NCBI GenBank assembly: GCA_034530875.2
Contig: JAVRCJ020000011.1
Coordinates: 64,001 to 128,000, forward strand
Source of the DNA: Nostoc sp. DedSLP01
GTDB taxonomy: Bacteria; Cyanobacteriota; Cyanobacteriia; Cyanobacteriales; Nostocaceae
DNA: 64,000 nucleotides
Direction of reading: 5' to 3'
Shown here: piece by piece, positions 9,688 to 19,801 of the stretch
How the letters are laid out: each line of letters opens with the position of its first letter
Numbering within the stretch: position 1 is the first letter of the stretch
The notes under the pieces: generated by a model
What the model was told of the DNA's origin: nothing
The model's input: only the letters and a program-made list of their open reading frames with translations
Database searches by the model: none
Made by a program: the position numbers and the translations under genes

Positions 9688-11280
9688 ATGATGGCTAGCA
9701 ATATTAAACGTTCCAGTTTTGACGAATTTGGTTATGTCTACGGGCCTTTGAAGTGGGCGATCGCTTTTACGGCTGCACTTGGTGCAATTCTAGAAGTGAT
9801 TGACACCAGTATTGTCAACGTTGCTTTAACTGATATCCAAGCGAGTCTTGGTGCAACTGTTACTGAAGTAGGTTGGGTAGTGACTGGATATGCAATCGCT
9901 AACGTTGTTTTAATTCCCTTATCTGCATGGCTGGGGGATTACTTTGGGCGCAAAACCTACTTTATCTTTTCCTTGATTGGCTTTACTGTTGCCTCAGTGT
10001 TGTGCGGTTTAGCGTTCAATTTACCGATGCTGGTGGTTTCTCGAATTATTCAAGGTTTATGCGGTGGCGGGTTGCTAGCTAAAGCACAAGCGATTTTGTT
10101 CGAGACTTTTCCACCAGCACAACAAGGTTTAGCCCAGGCAGTTTTTGGAGTCGGCGTAATTGCTGGCCCAGCCATCGGCCCGACTTTAGGCGGATTTTTG
10201 GTAGATGGTTTGGGCTGGCGCTGGATTTTCTTTGTTAATATTCCCTTTGGGATCGTTGCAGTGGCGATGTCGTTAGCATTTTTGCCCAAAGACAAAGACA
10301 AAAGCCAGGCACAAAACCAAGCGGTAGATTGGTTCGGGATTGGGTTTTTGGTAATTGCGGTTGGCTGTTTGCAAACTTTGTTAGAGGAAGGAGAGAAAGA
10401 CGATTGGTTTTCCTCTGGTTTTATTAGTACGTTAGCTATTGCTAGTGCGATGGGATTGGGACTATTTATTTGGCAGGAATTGAGAATAGCCCATCCAGCA
10501 GTTGATTTGAGAGTTTTACGTCACCGTTCTTTATCGGCTGGGAGTTTTTTATCAGCAGTGGTGGGGATGGGGCTTTATGGCGCTTTATTTGCCGTACCGA
10601 TATTTGCTCAGAGTGTGCTGCACTTTACGGCAACCCAGACAGGACTATTGTTAGCGCCTGGTGCTTTAGCATCTGCGATCGTCATGGTTTTATTAGGTAA
10701 GTTGTCCACCAAAATTGATGCCAGAATTTTAATTGCGATCGGTGCTGTTGGAACATCGGGAGTTATGTTTCAATTGGCAGCAATTACCCCGCAAAGCGGT
10801 ACAGATGATTTGTTTTGGCCGTTGGTATGGCGTGGGGCTTTTACTGTATTGATGTTTCTCCCTTTGAGTTTGGCAACTTTAGGAGGGTTACCCAAACAAG
10901 ATATTTCTGCCGGTTCTGGGTTCTACAACCTCACCCGACAACTAGGTGGTAGCATCGGCATTGCTCTACTTACCACTCTCCTCGATAGACGAGAAGCTTT
11001 TCATAGAGCCATGCTGTTGGCAAAACTTACTCCTTACGACCCAGAAACAAATCAACGCCTCGATGCACTCAACGGCGCACTCCAAAGCCAAGGCATCGAT
11101 GCAACAACGGCACAACAACAAGCACTAGCTTTATTGAGTCAAACAGTAGACACCCAAGCTGCTGTTTTGTCTTATGCAGATTGCTTTCGAGTGGTAGGTG
11201 TAGCGTTCCTTTGCTCGTTACCTTTATTACTATTCCTCGGTAAAGGTGGTGCAGGAGCAAAAGCGCCGATAGGTCACTAG
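9688..11280 (+). CDS. DHA2 (EmrB/QacA) family MFS efflux permease
   Basis: IDTSIVNVAL, WLGDYFGRK, GPAIGPTLGG, WRWIFFVNIP motifs; about 14 TM segments. Confidence 0.95.
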   Translation: MMASNIKRSSFDEFGYVYGPLKWAIAFTAALGAILEVIDTSIVNVALTDIQASLGATVTEVGWVVTGYAIANVVLIPLSAWLGDYFGRKTYFIFSLIGFTVASVLCGLAFNLPMLVVSRIIQGLCGGGLLAKAQAILFETFPPAQQGLAQAVFGVGVIAGPAIGPTLGGFLVDGLGWRWIFFVNIPFGIVAVAMSLAFLPKDKDKSQAQNQAVDWFGIGFLVIAVGCLQTLLEEGEKDDWFSSGFISTLAIASAMGLGLFIWQELRIAHPAVDLRVLRHRSLSAGSFLSAVVGMGLYGALFAVPIFAQSVLHFTATQTGLLLAPGALASAIVMVLLGKLSTKIDARILIAIGAVGTSGVMFQLAAITPQSGTDDLFWPLVWRGAFTVLMFLPLSLATLGGLPKQDISAGSGFYNLTRQLGGSIGIALLTTLLDRREAFHRAMLLAKLTPYDPETNQRLDALNGALQSQGIDATTAQQQALALLSQTVDTQAAVLSYADCFRVVGVAFLCSLPLLLFLGKGGAGAKAPIGH

Positions 11281-11310
11281 CCCTAACAAGCTAATTTGTA
11301 AACAAAATTT

Positions 11311-11339
11311 AAAAACCCCACTCAGTTTTGAGCAGGGTT
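11311..11339. terminator. Possible terminator hairpin after the MFS gene
   Basis: Imperfect stem AACCCcaCTCA...TGAGcaGGGTT preceded by an A-run. Confidence 0.4.
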
Positions 11340-11377
11340 ATGTAAACTTTTGTTACTAAAAATTAGAATTTTTTATT

Positions 11378-11482
11378 TTAAAAAGCGTTCATGATGGTGA
11401 TGATACTAACGCTGGTCAGCGCGATTAAAGCGCCCATAACTATAGATTCACTTAATGGATTGGGAAACTTTGAATTCTTCAT
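11378..11482 (-). CDS. Candidate 34-aa single-TM small protein
   Basis: Hand translation MKNSKFPNPLSESIVMGALIALTSVSIITIMNAF*; AGGA about 10 nt upstream; below the ORF-track cutoff. Confidence 0.5.
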   Translation of the reverse strand: MKNSKFPNPLSESIVMGALIALTSVSIITIMNAF

Positions 11483-11620
11483 TTAAGTAAAATCCTGTTT
11501 TTTAATTGTTTCTTAACCATATCAAAATCAGTATATATATCCATAAAAAACTCTTAAAACTTAAACAAGTGTAAAGTTTCTTAGTAAAGGCTGTAGTATT
11601 TACTTACACAATGATTTTTA

Positions 11621-11752
11621 TGGGCATTGGGTATGGGGAAAGGGAAAGGGGTAAAGGGAAAAGATTAAATTTATATCCCTTTTCCTTTACCCTTTAACCT
11701 TTTCCCCTATCTCCCCATCTTTCCATGCCCAATGCCCCATGCCCGATGCCCA
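11621..11752. repeat. Inverted STRR arrays (GGGCATT/GGGAAA-type then complements)
   Basis: G-rich heptamers followed by C-rich complements. Confidence 0.85.
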
Positions 11753-11846
11753 ATTAATAATTACCTCATCTCCTAGCGGAATATGCGCCTTTATGCAGTA
11801 AAATAAAACTTAATCAAGGTAGAAATTATTTGAACAGAAAATTACC

Positions 11847-12572
11847 ATGACAGCCTCCACAGCAGCTAAAAACGAAACGATCGCTTTTGACTTAGAGAAA
11901 TTAAACCAGGAGTTTGAAACTGCCACTCCGAAAGAAATCTTGGCATGGTCTGTAGAAAACATCCCAACCGGACTGGTACAAACCAGCGCCTTTAACGTGG
12001 ATGACATGGTAATTACCCATATTCTTTACAGCGAGCTCAAGTTTCCTGTTCCTGTAATATTTCTCGATACCCTCTACCACTTTGATGAAACCCTAGAACT
12101 AGTTGCTAAAGCCAAAGAAATATACAACTTGGATCTGCAAACTTACAAAACTCTAGAAGCTGATAGCCCCGCAGCTTTTGAAGCCAAATTTGGCGATGCA
12201 CTCTGGCACAAAGATATTCTCAAATTCCACGACATTACCAAAATTGAACCACTACAACGCGGTTTAGACGAACTCAACAGCGTTGCTTGGATTACCGGAC
12301 GCCGCCGCGACCAAGCGGTAACCCGCGCTAATATGCCCATATTTGAATTAGACGGTAAAGGTCGTTTGAAGGTAAATCCCATAGCCACCTGGACGCGCAA
12401 AGACAGCTGGCTTTACGTAGCTGAACACGGAGTTATCTACAATCCCCTACACGACCAAGGTTATCCCAGCATCGGCGACAAACCCATCACCACCAAAGTC
12501 AAAGAAGGCGAAGACGAACGCGCCGGACGCTGGCGGGGAAGCGATAAAACAGAATGCGGAATTCATATTTAG
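11847..12572 (+). CDS. cysH: PAPS (phosphoadenylyl-sulfate) reductase
   Basis: FLDTLYHF, WITGRRRDQ, GYPSIG, RAGRW and C-terminal ECGIH; no CC/CxxC Fe-S ligands. Confidence 0.95.
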   Translation: MTASTAAKNETIAFDLEKLNQEFETATPKEILAWSVENIPTGLVQTSAFNVDDMVITHILYSELKFPVPVIFLDTLYHFDETLELVAKAKEIYNLDLQTYKTLEADSPAAFEAKFGDALWHKDILKFHDITKIEPLQRGLDELNSVAWITGRRRDQAVTRANMPIFELDGKGRLKVNPIATWTRKDSWLYVAEHGVIYNPLHDQGYPSIGDKPITTKVKEGEDERAGRWRGSDKTECGIHI

Positions 12573-12683
12573 TAGAGAGGCGATTAATCGCGTCTGTACA
12601 ATAGTCATTTGTCATTAGTATTAGACAAAGAGATAAGTCTGATATTAGAACTTCAAAGACAAATGACTAAGGACAAAAAACAA

Positions 12684-13940
12684 ATGGCTATTAAAATCCT
12701 CCACCTTTCGGACATCCACATGGGAAGCAGCTTTTCCCACGGACGAATTAATCCAGCAACGGGATTAAATACACGATTGGAGGATTTTGTCAACACATTA
12801 TCTATATGTATTGACCGAGCGCTGGCAGAACCCGTAGATTTGGTGATATTTGGTGGCGATGCTTTCCCGGATGCGACACCACCACCCTACGTACAACAAG
12901 CTTTTGCTAGTCAGTTTCGCCGCTTGGTAGATGCCAATATTCCCACAGTGTTGTTAGTGGGGAATCATGACCAACATTCCCAAGGACTAGGAGGTGCGAG
13001 TTTATGTATTTACCGCACCTTGGGAGTGCCTGGTTTTGTTGTTGGCGATACATTGACTACTCATCGCATCGAAACTCGCAATGGCAAAGTGCAAGTAATT
13101 ACTCTTCCTTGGCTGACTCGTTCTGCACTGATGACTCGCCAAGAAACTGAGGGTTTATCTTTGGCGGAAGTCAATCAACTGTTAACAGAACGCCTGCAAG
13201 TTGTTTTGGAAGGGGAAATCCGCCGTCTTGATCCCGATGTGCCAACTGTGCTTTTGGCTCATTTGATGGCTGACAATGCTACCTTAGGAGCAGAACGCTA
13301 CTTAGCAGTAGGTAAAGGCTTTACTTTACCTTTATCTTTGTTGACGCGACCTTGTTTTGATTACGTAGCATTGGGACACGTCCATCGTCATCAAAATTTA
13401 AATAAATCCAACAACCCGCCGATAATTTATCCAGGGAGTATCGAACGGGTAGATTTTAGTGAAGAAAAAGAAGATAAAGGCTATGTGATGATAGAACTGG
13501 AACCGGGTAAGGCAGAGTGGGAATTTTGCCCGTTACCAGTTCGGGATTTTTGCACAATTGAAGTGGATATCTCGAAAGCAGACGATCCCCAAGCGGCATT
13601 AATCAAAGCGATCGCCAAGTATGATATTGAAGATGCTGTAGTGCGGTTAATTTACAAACTGCGATCGGAACAGATGGATTTAATTGAAAGTGCTTCTATA
13701 CATACTGCTTTAAGTGCAGCTCACACCTACACTATACAAGCAGAATTAGTGAGTCAATTGGCTCGACCGCGAATTCCTGAATTAAGTGCGAGTAGTAGCA
13801 TTGACCCAATGGAAGCCTTGAAAACTTACTTGAATAACCGCGAAGACCTCAAAGATATCGCAGCATCAATGCTAGAAGCTGCACAAAAGTTGCTAGCAGA
13901 TGATGTGGAAGTCTGGCTAGAAGCAACAACTAGTGAATAG
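12684..13940 (+). CDS. sbcD: Exonuclease SbcCD subunit D
   Basis: HLSDIHMG, GGDAF, GNHD, YVALGHVH, YPGSIER metallophosphoesterase motifs. ATG 12684 chosen because the upstream extension is STRR-derived. Confidence 0.93.
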   Translation: MAIKILHLSDIHMGSSFSHGRINPATGLNTRLEDFVNTLSICIDRALAEPVDLVIFGGDAFPDATPPPYVQQAFASQFRRLVDANIPTVLLVGNHDQHSQGLGGASLCIYRTLGVPGFVVGDTLTTHRIETRNGKVQVITLPWLTRSALMTRQETEGLSLAEVNQLLTERLQVVLEGEIRRLDPDVPTVLLAHLMADNATLGAERYLAVGKGFTLPLSLLTRPCFDYVALGHVHRHQNLNKSNNPPIIYPGSIERVDFSEEKEDKGYVMIELEPGKAEWEFCPLPVRDFCTIEVDISKADDPQAALIKAIAKYDIEDAVVRLIYKLRSEQMDLIESASIHTALSAAHTYTIQAELVSQLARPRIPELSASSSIDPMEALKTYLNNREDLKDIAASMLEAAQKLLADDVEVWLEATTSE

Positions 13941-13960
13941 GATAAAGCTAATTAATTTAC

Positions 13961-14086
13961 TATAGCAATCCTAAATGAGTCGTGAAAAATATGTATAGGG
14001 AAACGAACGGCGAATAACGCTAAGAACGCAAAGATAAGCAAGAAGAAAGAGATATATAATTTTCACAATGATTTAGGACTGCTATA
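13961..14086. mobile_element. MITE-like element, TATAGCAATCCTAAAT TIR family
   Basis: 16-bp near-perfect TIR; relatives at 25039-25139, 61879-61959 and a degenerate one from 36950. Confidence 0.8.
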
Positions 14087-14110
14087 TACTCCACTCCCCA
14101 AAATTTATTT

Positions 14111-14737
14111 ATGACGCAAATCCAAGCAAAGGTCATCGACTTAAGCTACTTAATCGATACCTTTGGTATTCAGTTAGTTTTGGATGATTCATTCTTCAGT
14201 GAATGGCAACAAGATTTACCAGAAATAAATGATTTAGATAAACAACTTTTAGATAAGGTTAAAACGGGTTATTTAAATCTTCTAAATTACCCGCCCTTAC
14301 TAGAAGATGTAGTTAGAATGGCAGTTGTAGACCCATTACTTTTTATTGGGAATTTCTATCTAGCTCCGTTTTATGTAAAATCAGAAGAATCTATAGAAAT
14401 TGCTGTGCCAGATGAAGATGTAATCATCAAAGGAAGAATAGATACCTTAGTTTTGAAAGAGCAATTCTGGGTAATGATTATTGAGTCCAAAAGAGCTTCG
14501 TTCTCAGTGGAACAAGGAATCGCACAAATTCTTGCTTATCTGTTAGGAAATCCGTATACCGATCGACCCAGTTTTGGCATGATTGCAACGGGAAGCGAGT
14601 TTATTTTCGTCAAATTAGTGAAAGGAAATCCACCCCGTTATGCTTTATCAAAGGGTTTTTTGATGCGAAACCCTGGAAATGAATTGTACGAAGTGCTAGG
14701 TATATTGAAACGCCTAACTCAGTTGGTGAGTGCTTAA
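14111..14737 (+). CDS. PD-(D/E)xK nuclease-like protein (type I restriction HsdR N-terminal-like, stand-alone)
   Basis: GRIDTLVL...IIESKR...Q-x3-Y...ATGSEF motif order. Confidence 0.8.
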   Translation: MTQIQAKVIDLSYLIDTFGIQLVLDDSFFSEWQQDLPEINDLDKQLLDKVKTGYLNLLNYPPLLEDVVRMAVVDPLLFIGNFYLAPFYVKSEESIEIAVPDEDVIIKGRIDTLVLKEQFWVMIIESKRASFSVEQGIAQILAYLLGNPYTDRPSFGMIATGSEFIFVKLVKGNPPRYALSKGFLMRNPGNELYEVLGILKRLTQLVSA

Positions 14738-14860
14738 ATCTTATCGCTTGATTAAGTCTTCTGATAGAAAAGGCGATCGCTGCATCTCAAGACAAATTTT
14801 TTAGAAGTAATTTAACAAAGTTAAAATATAACAACTAGTGAATGAGGTAATAGTAGCTAT

Positions 14861-15826
14861 CTATGTCCAAGCACGGAAAAACGTACTATCTTCCCAAATA
14901 CTAGCAGTTTGCTCGGCGATCGCAGCCAATTCTTCCTCCTTGAGGGGTACAAAAGCACGCGCTAGATTGACATTATTCTCTAGTTGTGTAACTGTCTCTG
15001 CTGCAATTACACAACAATGCACCCCAAGCTGAGACATTGTATATCCCATAGCTTGTTGCATACCCGTCAACCCGCGTGATTGAAACAGCCGACCATAAGC
15101 CGGGACTTTCATGGCAATTACACCCACATTTTTTTCTCGCGCAACTGGTAAAACAACCGGGATAAATGGACGTGGATGGTGTTTGTCAGCGGCATTCACA
15201 GGAATCAGTGTAGTGTGGAAGGGATAGCGACGCAACCCTTCGGCAATTACTTGGGGATCGTGATGTCCGGTAATACCTGCGAAGCGGACGAGTTTTTGTT
15301 GTATGGCTTCTTCTAAAGCTTGAACTGCACCAGATGGACTAAAGATGGTGTCGAGTTCTTCAACAAAAGAGACGTGATGTAACTGCCACAAATCGAGGTA
15401 ATCTGTATTGAGACGTTTAAGCGATCGCTCTAATTCTCGCCATGCACCATCGCGATCTCTTTTATCGGTCTTAGTTGCTAAAAACAGCTTTGAACGATGG
15501 GGTGGTAGCACTTTGCCTAAATAATCCTCACTCGGCCCGTAATTTGCAGCAGTATCAAAGTAGCGAATACCAAGTTCCAGCGCTTTTTGAATAATTTCAG
15601 ATGCATCGCGTTCTCTTCCTTCCCAGGATAGCGGCGTTTGTCCTGCTCCTCCCAAGCCGAAGATTGGCAGATTTACTTGGCTGCGTCCCAACACTCTTTC
15701 TGGCATCGTTGCTGGGGGTGTAGGAGTGTTGGTAGTATTTTGTTGTAATGCATTAGCTATCATAATACCGCCAGTAACAGCAACACTAGTGATTAGGAAA
15801 TTACGCCGCGTTTTTCCTTCTGTCAT
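14861..15826 (-). CDS. Aldo/keto reductase with twin-arginine signal
   Basis: TRRNFL N-terminus; YFDTAANYG, LATK, SLKRLNTDYLDLWQLH. Confidence 0.93.
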   Translation of the reverse strand: MTEGKTRRNFLITSVAVTGGIMIANALQQNTTNTPTPPATMPERVLGRSQVNLPIFGLGGAGQTPLSWEGRERDASEIIQKALELGIRYFDTAANYGPSEDYLGKVLPPHRSKLFLATKTDKRDRDGAWRELERSLKRLNTDYLDLWQLHHVSFVEELDTIFSPSGAVQALEEAIQQKLVRFAGITGHHDPQVIAEGLRRYPFHTTLIPVNAADKHHPRPFIPVVLPVAREKNVGVIAMKVPAYGRLFQSRGLTGMQQAMGYTMSQLGVHCCVIAAETVTQLENNVNLARAFVPLKEEELAAIAEQTASIWEDSTFFRAWT

Positions 15827-16028
15827 AGTTGGCTTTGGGGGCGAAATTACCTTTATTTTAAGATGTTAGCCAGGAAGAATTAATTTCAGCCAATAAATCT
15901 ATCCTGAGGCTAGTGTTGTAAATAATGGTAATTAATGTTTTGCTTTTGATAGTGAAATAGCGATGGCTACGCCAATGCCAAAGGCGAACGTACTGTTTTT
16001 TCTAGTTTAGCTTTGAGGAGCGATCGCC

Positions 16029-17183
16029 TTACTTCTTGCTAACAGTATTTTTTTGTGCGTAGTTGAGATTTTTCTGATATTCTATAATTTTTTTCTGGGC
16101 TATTGCATAATTTTGACTAGAAGATGGGACACTTTTCATAAGTGCGATCGCTCCTTCCCATTCACCCACAACTGCTTTCCATTCTTCTGGAGATTTTGCT
16201 GATTGAGTAAGGTTAGCTGCATTGATTGCTTTATTTACTGCCTCTCGAAATGTATCAGTTTGGAGTAATACAGTAGGTGATTGTGAAGTTACTGGTGAGG
16301 GTGAAACTAATGTATTTTTTGATGGAGTTTATGTTTTGATTTTAGGCAATATAGTAATATTTTCTAATAATTGTAAAGACACATATATTACTAGAGGAAT
16401 TAATAACGCCACAAAAATTAATAGCCTGTTTTTACTTGAAATATGATATCTTCGCTGATTATTGGTAGCTTTTTCTTCTTCATTAGATAAAACATTAGAT
16501 TTTATTCGATTTGCAACCATCTCTACAGACAATTTATTAAATTCTTTGTCTGTTTCTATATTAGTGGTTAATTTATCTGTATTTATCTCTTTTTTGCCAG
16601 AATAAGCAGATATTATTTGACGCCTTACCAAATACTCTATTTGATAAGTTAATGCAGCGCCAAAAATATAAAAGCAACTAAACATTAATATTAAATTATG
16701 TTGATTTTGTATGTATGCTTCAAGTGATTGAGTGAAGCTAAGATTCAGAAATGGTAAAAATAATGTCGAAAAGAAAATTGCTATCAGTGTAGAAATTACA
16801 ATGACAAGCCAAGCGTATAACCCCTCCTACCAACTCATAATTCCTGGTAATAATCCTTCAGTTTTACCTACTTCTGGTGCTTGAATTTCTGATATAAACT
16901 TACTCACAAACCAATGTAAGCAGTGGTGAGTAAAAGAAACTATTGGAATTGGAGATAGGAATAACAAAATTGTAAACATCACAAATAATTCTGGGCTGTT
17001 TACAAAATATGCAATGCGGTAGCCTACGTTTCCAGTTCTATTGATTACAAACATAATAACTTTCAAAAAAAAGAAAGCTAAAATAAATGCTTTTAACCAA
17101 GAACTAGGATAAGGAAACCACAAAGGCCAGTATATTTTTTGTAATTTTTGCTTAGTAGGCTCTAAAAAATTAGGTTGCGGCAT
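16029..17183 (-). pseudogene. Membrane protein pseudogene with two in-frame stops
   Basis: ORFs 16827-17189 and 16329-16685 and a downstream segment (FREAVNKAINAANLTQSAKSPEEW...YQKNLNYAQKN, stop 16029-16031) share one frame; broken by TAG 16827-16829 and TAA 16329-16331. Confidence 0.85.
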
Positions 17184-17220
17184 AACCAAGAAACACGAAT
17201 CAATAATAAAACATCGTGTA

Positions 17221-17254
17221 TCTTAGGATTCCCGATTTAGAGATAAAAGCAACA
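17221..17254 (-). promoter_or_regulatory. Candidate alternative-sigma (SigJ/SigF-type) promoter
   Basis: Minus strand TGTTGC-N15-GGGAATCCTAAGA; same layout at 17897-17930. Confidence 0.55.
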
Positions 17255-17343
17255 GACAAATTTTCCAAATATATCTTTAAAATCTATATAGGTTTATTAA
17301 ATTTATTTATGTGTTGGTGTCTAAAAACTAGTTAAAATTAATA

Positions 17344-17856
17344 CTACCGTTCTTTAGTAATAACGCAATTATCATTGCTAATACTTACTTTGTTAATCCA
17401 AAAATCTGTAGTTTTTGATAAAATATCATTGATTATTTGATTAGCAATATTTTCAAAATCTTGGTTTTTTAATTTGCGGACGCTATCACCGTTTAAATTA
17501 ATAGAAACAGTTAGCAATTGAGAATTATTAGAAAATTCTTCATGCTCTAATTCTGCTTCTGCTAAATCTAGTTCAAATTCTTGACTCCAAGCTGGAAAGT
17601 CCTTATCTATCTGCTGTCCGTAAATCTTGACTTGTTGAATAGATGCAGACCCTAAATTAGTGAATCCTTTACGGAAAAATGGAACCCAAGTTTCCCGATC
17701 TGGTACTTCCGTAGATTCTAGTATTACCTCCAAGCAAGCATCATTGAAAGCAACTTTTCCAGCGATCCCTTTGGGTTGTAGATGGCGGTTTATCAGAGAT
17801 GCGATCGCTTCTACATCTCCCTGTTTTGCAAGTTCCACAATATTTCGTTGCGTCAT
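17344..17856 (-). CDS. Hypothetical protein with a widespread cyanobacterial N-terminal domain
   Basis: ELAKQGDxxAIASLIN..LQPKGI...VKIYG...PAWSQEF motif; 170-aa ATG ORF. Confidence 0.85.
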   Translation of the reverse strand: MTQRNIVELAKQGDVEAIASLINRHLQPKGIAGKVAFNDACLEVILESTEVPDRETWVPFFRKGFTNLGSASIQQVKIYGQQIDKDFPAWSQEFELDLAEAELEHEEFSNNSQLLTVSINLNGDSVRKLKNQDFENIANQIINDILSKTTDFWINKVSISNDNCVITKER

Positions 17857-17896
17857 AACCAGTAAAAGAGAAAATCAAAAGAAAATAACCTTATAT

Positions 17897-17930
17897 TCTT
17901 AGGATTCCCTCTAAACAGACTTAAGTAACA
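17897..17930 (-). promoter_or_regulatory. Candidate alternative-sigma (SigJ/SigF-type) promoter
   Basis: Minus strand TGTTAC-N15-GGGAATCCTAAGA about 40 nt upstream of the ATG. Confidence 0.55.
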
Positions 17931-17980
17931 TTATGATGCAACGTCTCAACAGTCTAAAGATTTAATGTCTAATATAAAAA

Positions 17981-18156
17981 AGGAGTCAGAATTCAGAATT
18001 CAGAATTTCTCCGACTCCGAGACCATAGTTTTGATAATTGCTAGAAAATCAAGCAGGCGTAACACTCTTAATTTTGCAGCTATTCTGATTCTCCGAATTT
18101 ATCAACGGCAAAAGCCGTATAAGAGAGTTATCTGTCAATTCTGAATTCTGACTCCT
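17981..18156. repeat. Element bounded by inverted STRR (AGGAGTCAGAATTCAGAATT / AATTCTGAATTCTGACTCCT)
   Basis: 20-bp perfect inverted ends. Confidence 0.65.
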
Positions 18157-18235
18157 GAATTCTGATTCAAAACCTATTGTTTTCTGTGCTAGCCAAATTA
18201 CTCCGATTAATATTAATTTCATTCAAATCTGAAAT

Positions 18236-18901
18236 ATGAAGATTTATCAACATCATGCTTGGCCTGCAACTGTAGAAGAAGCCATAGTTATTCAAGAACA
18301 GTTGCGAAATCAGGTAATTACGTCGGATAAATTTCAAGAACCCGTGCAGTACGTCGCCGGGGTGGATATGGGTTTTGAAGCCGACGGTACTATTAGCCGT
18401 GCAGCTGTGGCAGTACTGAGTTTTCCTGACTTGCAAGTAATTGAGACGAGCCTAGCACACCGCCCGACAACCTTTCCTTATATTCCTGGTTTCCTATCAT
18501 TTCGGGAAATTCCTGCTGTTCTTGATGCTTTAGAGAAAATTAAAACAACACCAGATTTAATTCTGTGCGATGGTCAGGGAATTGCCCATCCGCGAAGATT
18601 CGGTATAGCTAGCCATTTGGGAGTACTAGTGGATATGCCGACAATTGGTGTAGCTAAATCATTGTTGATCGGTAAGCATGAAGAATTACCAGAAGCTAGA
18701 GGTAACTGGCGATCGCTCGTACATAAAGGTGAAATAATTGGAGCAGTTTTGCGATCGCGTACAGGAGTAAAACCACTGTACGTATCCAGCGGCCATCGCA
18801 TTAGTTTACCGACAGCAATTGACTACGTATTACGCTGCACTCCGAAATATCGCTTACCAGAAACTACACGTATTGCTGATAAATTAGCATCTGCAAGATA
18901 A
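18236..18901 (+). CDS. nfi: Endonuclease V
   Basis: VAGVD, FPYIPGFLSFRE, DGQGIAHPRRFGIASHLG, GVAKS, YVSSGH, RLPETTRIAD. Confidence 0.97.
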   Translation: MKIYQHHAWPATVEEAIVIQEQLRNQVITSDKFQEPVQYVAGVDMGFEADGTISRAAVAVLSFPDLQVIETSLAHRPTTFPYIPGFLSFREIPAVLDALEKIKTTPDLILCDGQGIAHPRRFGIASHLGVLVDMPTIGVAKSLLIGKHEELPEARGNWRSLVHKGEIIGAVLRSRTGVKPLYVSSGHRISLPTAIDYVLRCTPKYRLPETTRIADKLASAR

Positions 18902-19009
18902 AGGTTATTGAAGTTTTTTTTAAACACTTGCTTGTGCCTGGTTAATCGTGTTAGGAATCGCACAGAAAGAAGTTGAAGTAGCTAAAATACGAGTTAAAAA
19001 GTTAGAACA

Positions 19010-19588
19010 ATGAACGCACTAACTTTACAGTGGCACGATGCAGGTGCAGATAAAACTCAGAACATTTACGAACAACAGCCAAGTAAAAATCCTGGTACCG
19101 TTCGCATCGGCCGCGATCCTCTCCGGTGCGATATTGTTCTGAGTAATCCTACTGTATCTGGTTTGCATATTGAAATATTTTTTCATCCCCAGCAACAGCA
19201 GTTTTATGTTAGGAACTTGCGATCGCAAAATCCCCCACTAATCGATGGACGCCAACTAGTCCAAGGTGAACTAGCTTTAGCTGAAGGCACTAGTATCTCT
19301 TTGGGGCAAATACAACTCAAAGTTACTAGTGTTTCCACAGGCAATATTCCCGCAACAATTTTGATGCCACCGCAACCGCCAGCGGTAAACTCCCATCCAC
19401 CAGTCAATATCGGAAATCATCATCACCATCATCCAGTAATACCCCCCGCACCACCACAAGGAGTTTATGGTTTAAAATGTCCCAAATGTTACAAAGTTTC
19501 CCCACCAGAGAATCTGCAAATTGGCTGTCCTTGGTGCGGTACATCTTTGGCAGCCGCAGTGAGTGTGTTAGTAGCACCTGGGAGTTAG
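19010..19588 (+). CDS. FHA domain protein with Pro-rich linker and C-terminal Zn ribbon
   Basis: IGRD...VSGLH FHA core; CPKC...CPWC. Confidence 0.88.
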   Translation: MNALTLQWHDAGADKTQNIYEQQPSKNPGTVRIGRDPLRCDIVLSNPTVSGLHIEIFFHPQQQQFYVRNLRSQNPPLIDGRQLVQGELALAEGTSISLGQIQLKVTSVSTGNIPATILMPPQPPAVNSHPPVNIGNHHHHHPVIPPAPPQGVYGLKCPKCYKVSPPENLQIGCPWCGTSLAAAVSVLVAPGS

Positions 19589-19801
19589 GGAGATGGGGAG
19601 ATGGGGAGGTGGGGAGATGGGGAGGTGCGGGAGGTGTGGGAGGAGAGGGGAGTGTGTGAGCAAGGAGAAGAGGGACAAGCATAAATTCTCTTTCCCCCAC
19701 ACTTCCCACACTCCCCACACTCGCAATGCCCAATGCCCCATACCCAATGCCCCATACCAAATGCCCCATACCAAATGACCAATGACTAATGACCAATGAC
19801 T
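19589..19801. repeat. Compound STRR arrays between the FHA genes
   Basis: GGGGAGAT/GGGAGGT units, then CCCACACT, AATGCCC and AATGACC/T units running into the next ATG. Confidence 0.9.

Noticed and set aside
14111..14737. Restriction-modification or defence system
   Set aside because: Lone short nuclease-fold gene with no methyltransferase, specificity or helicase partner.
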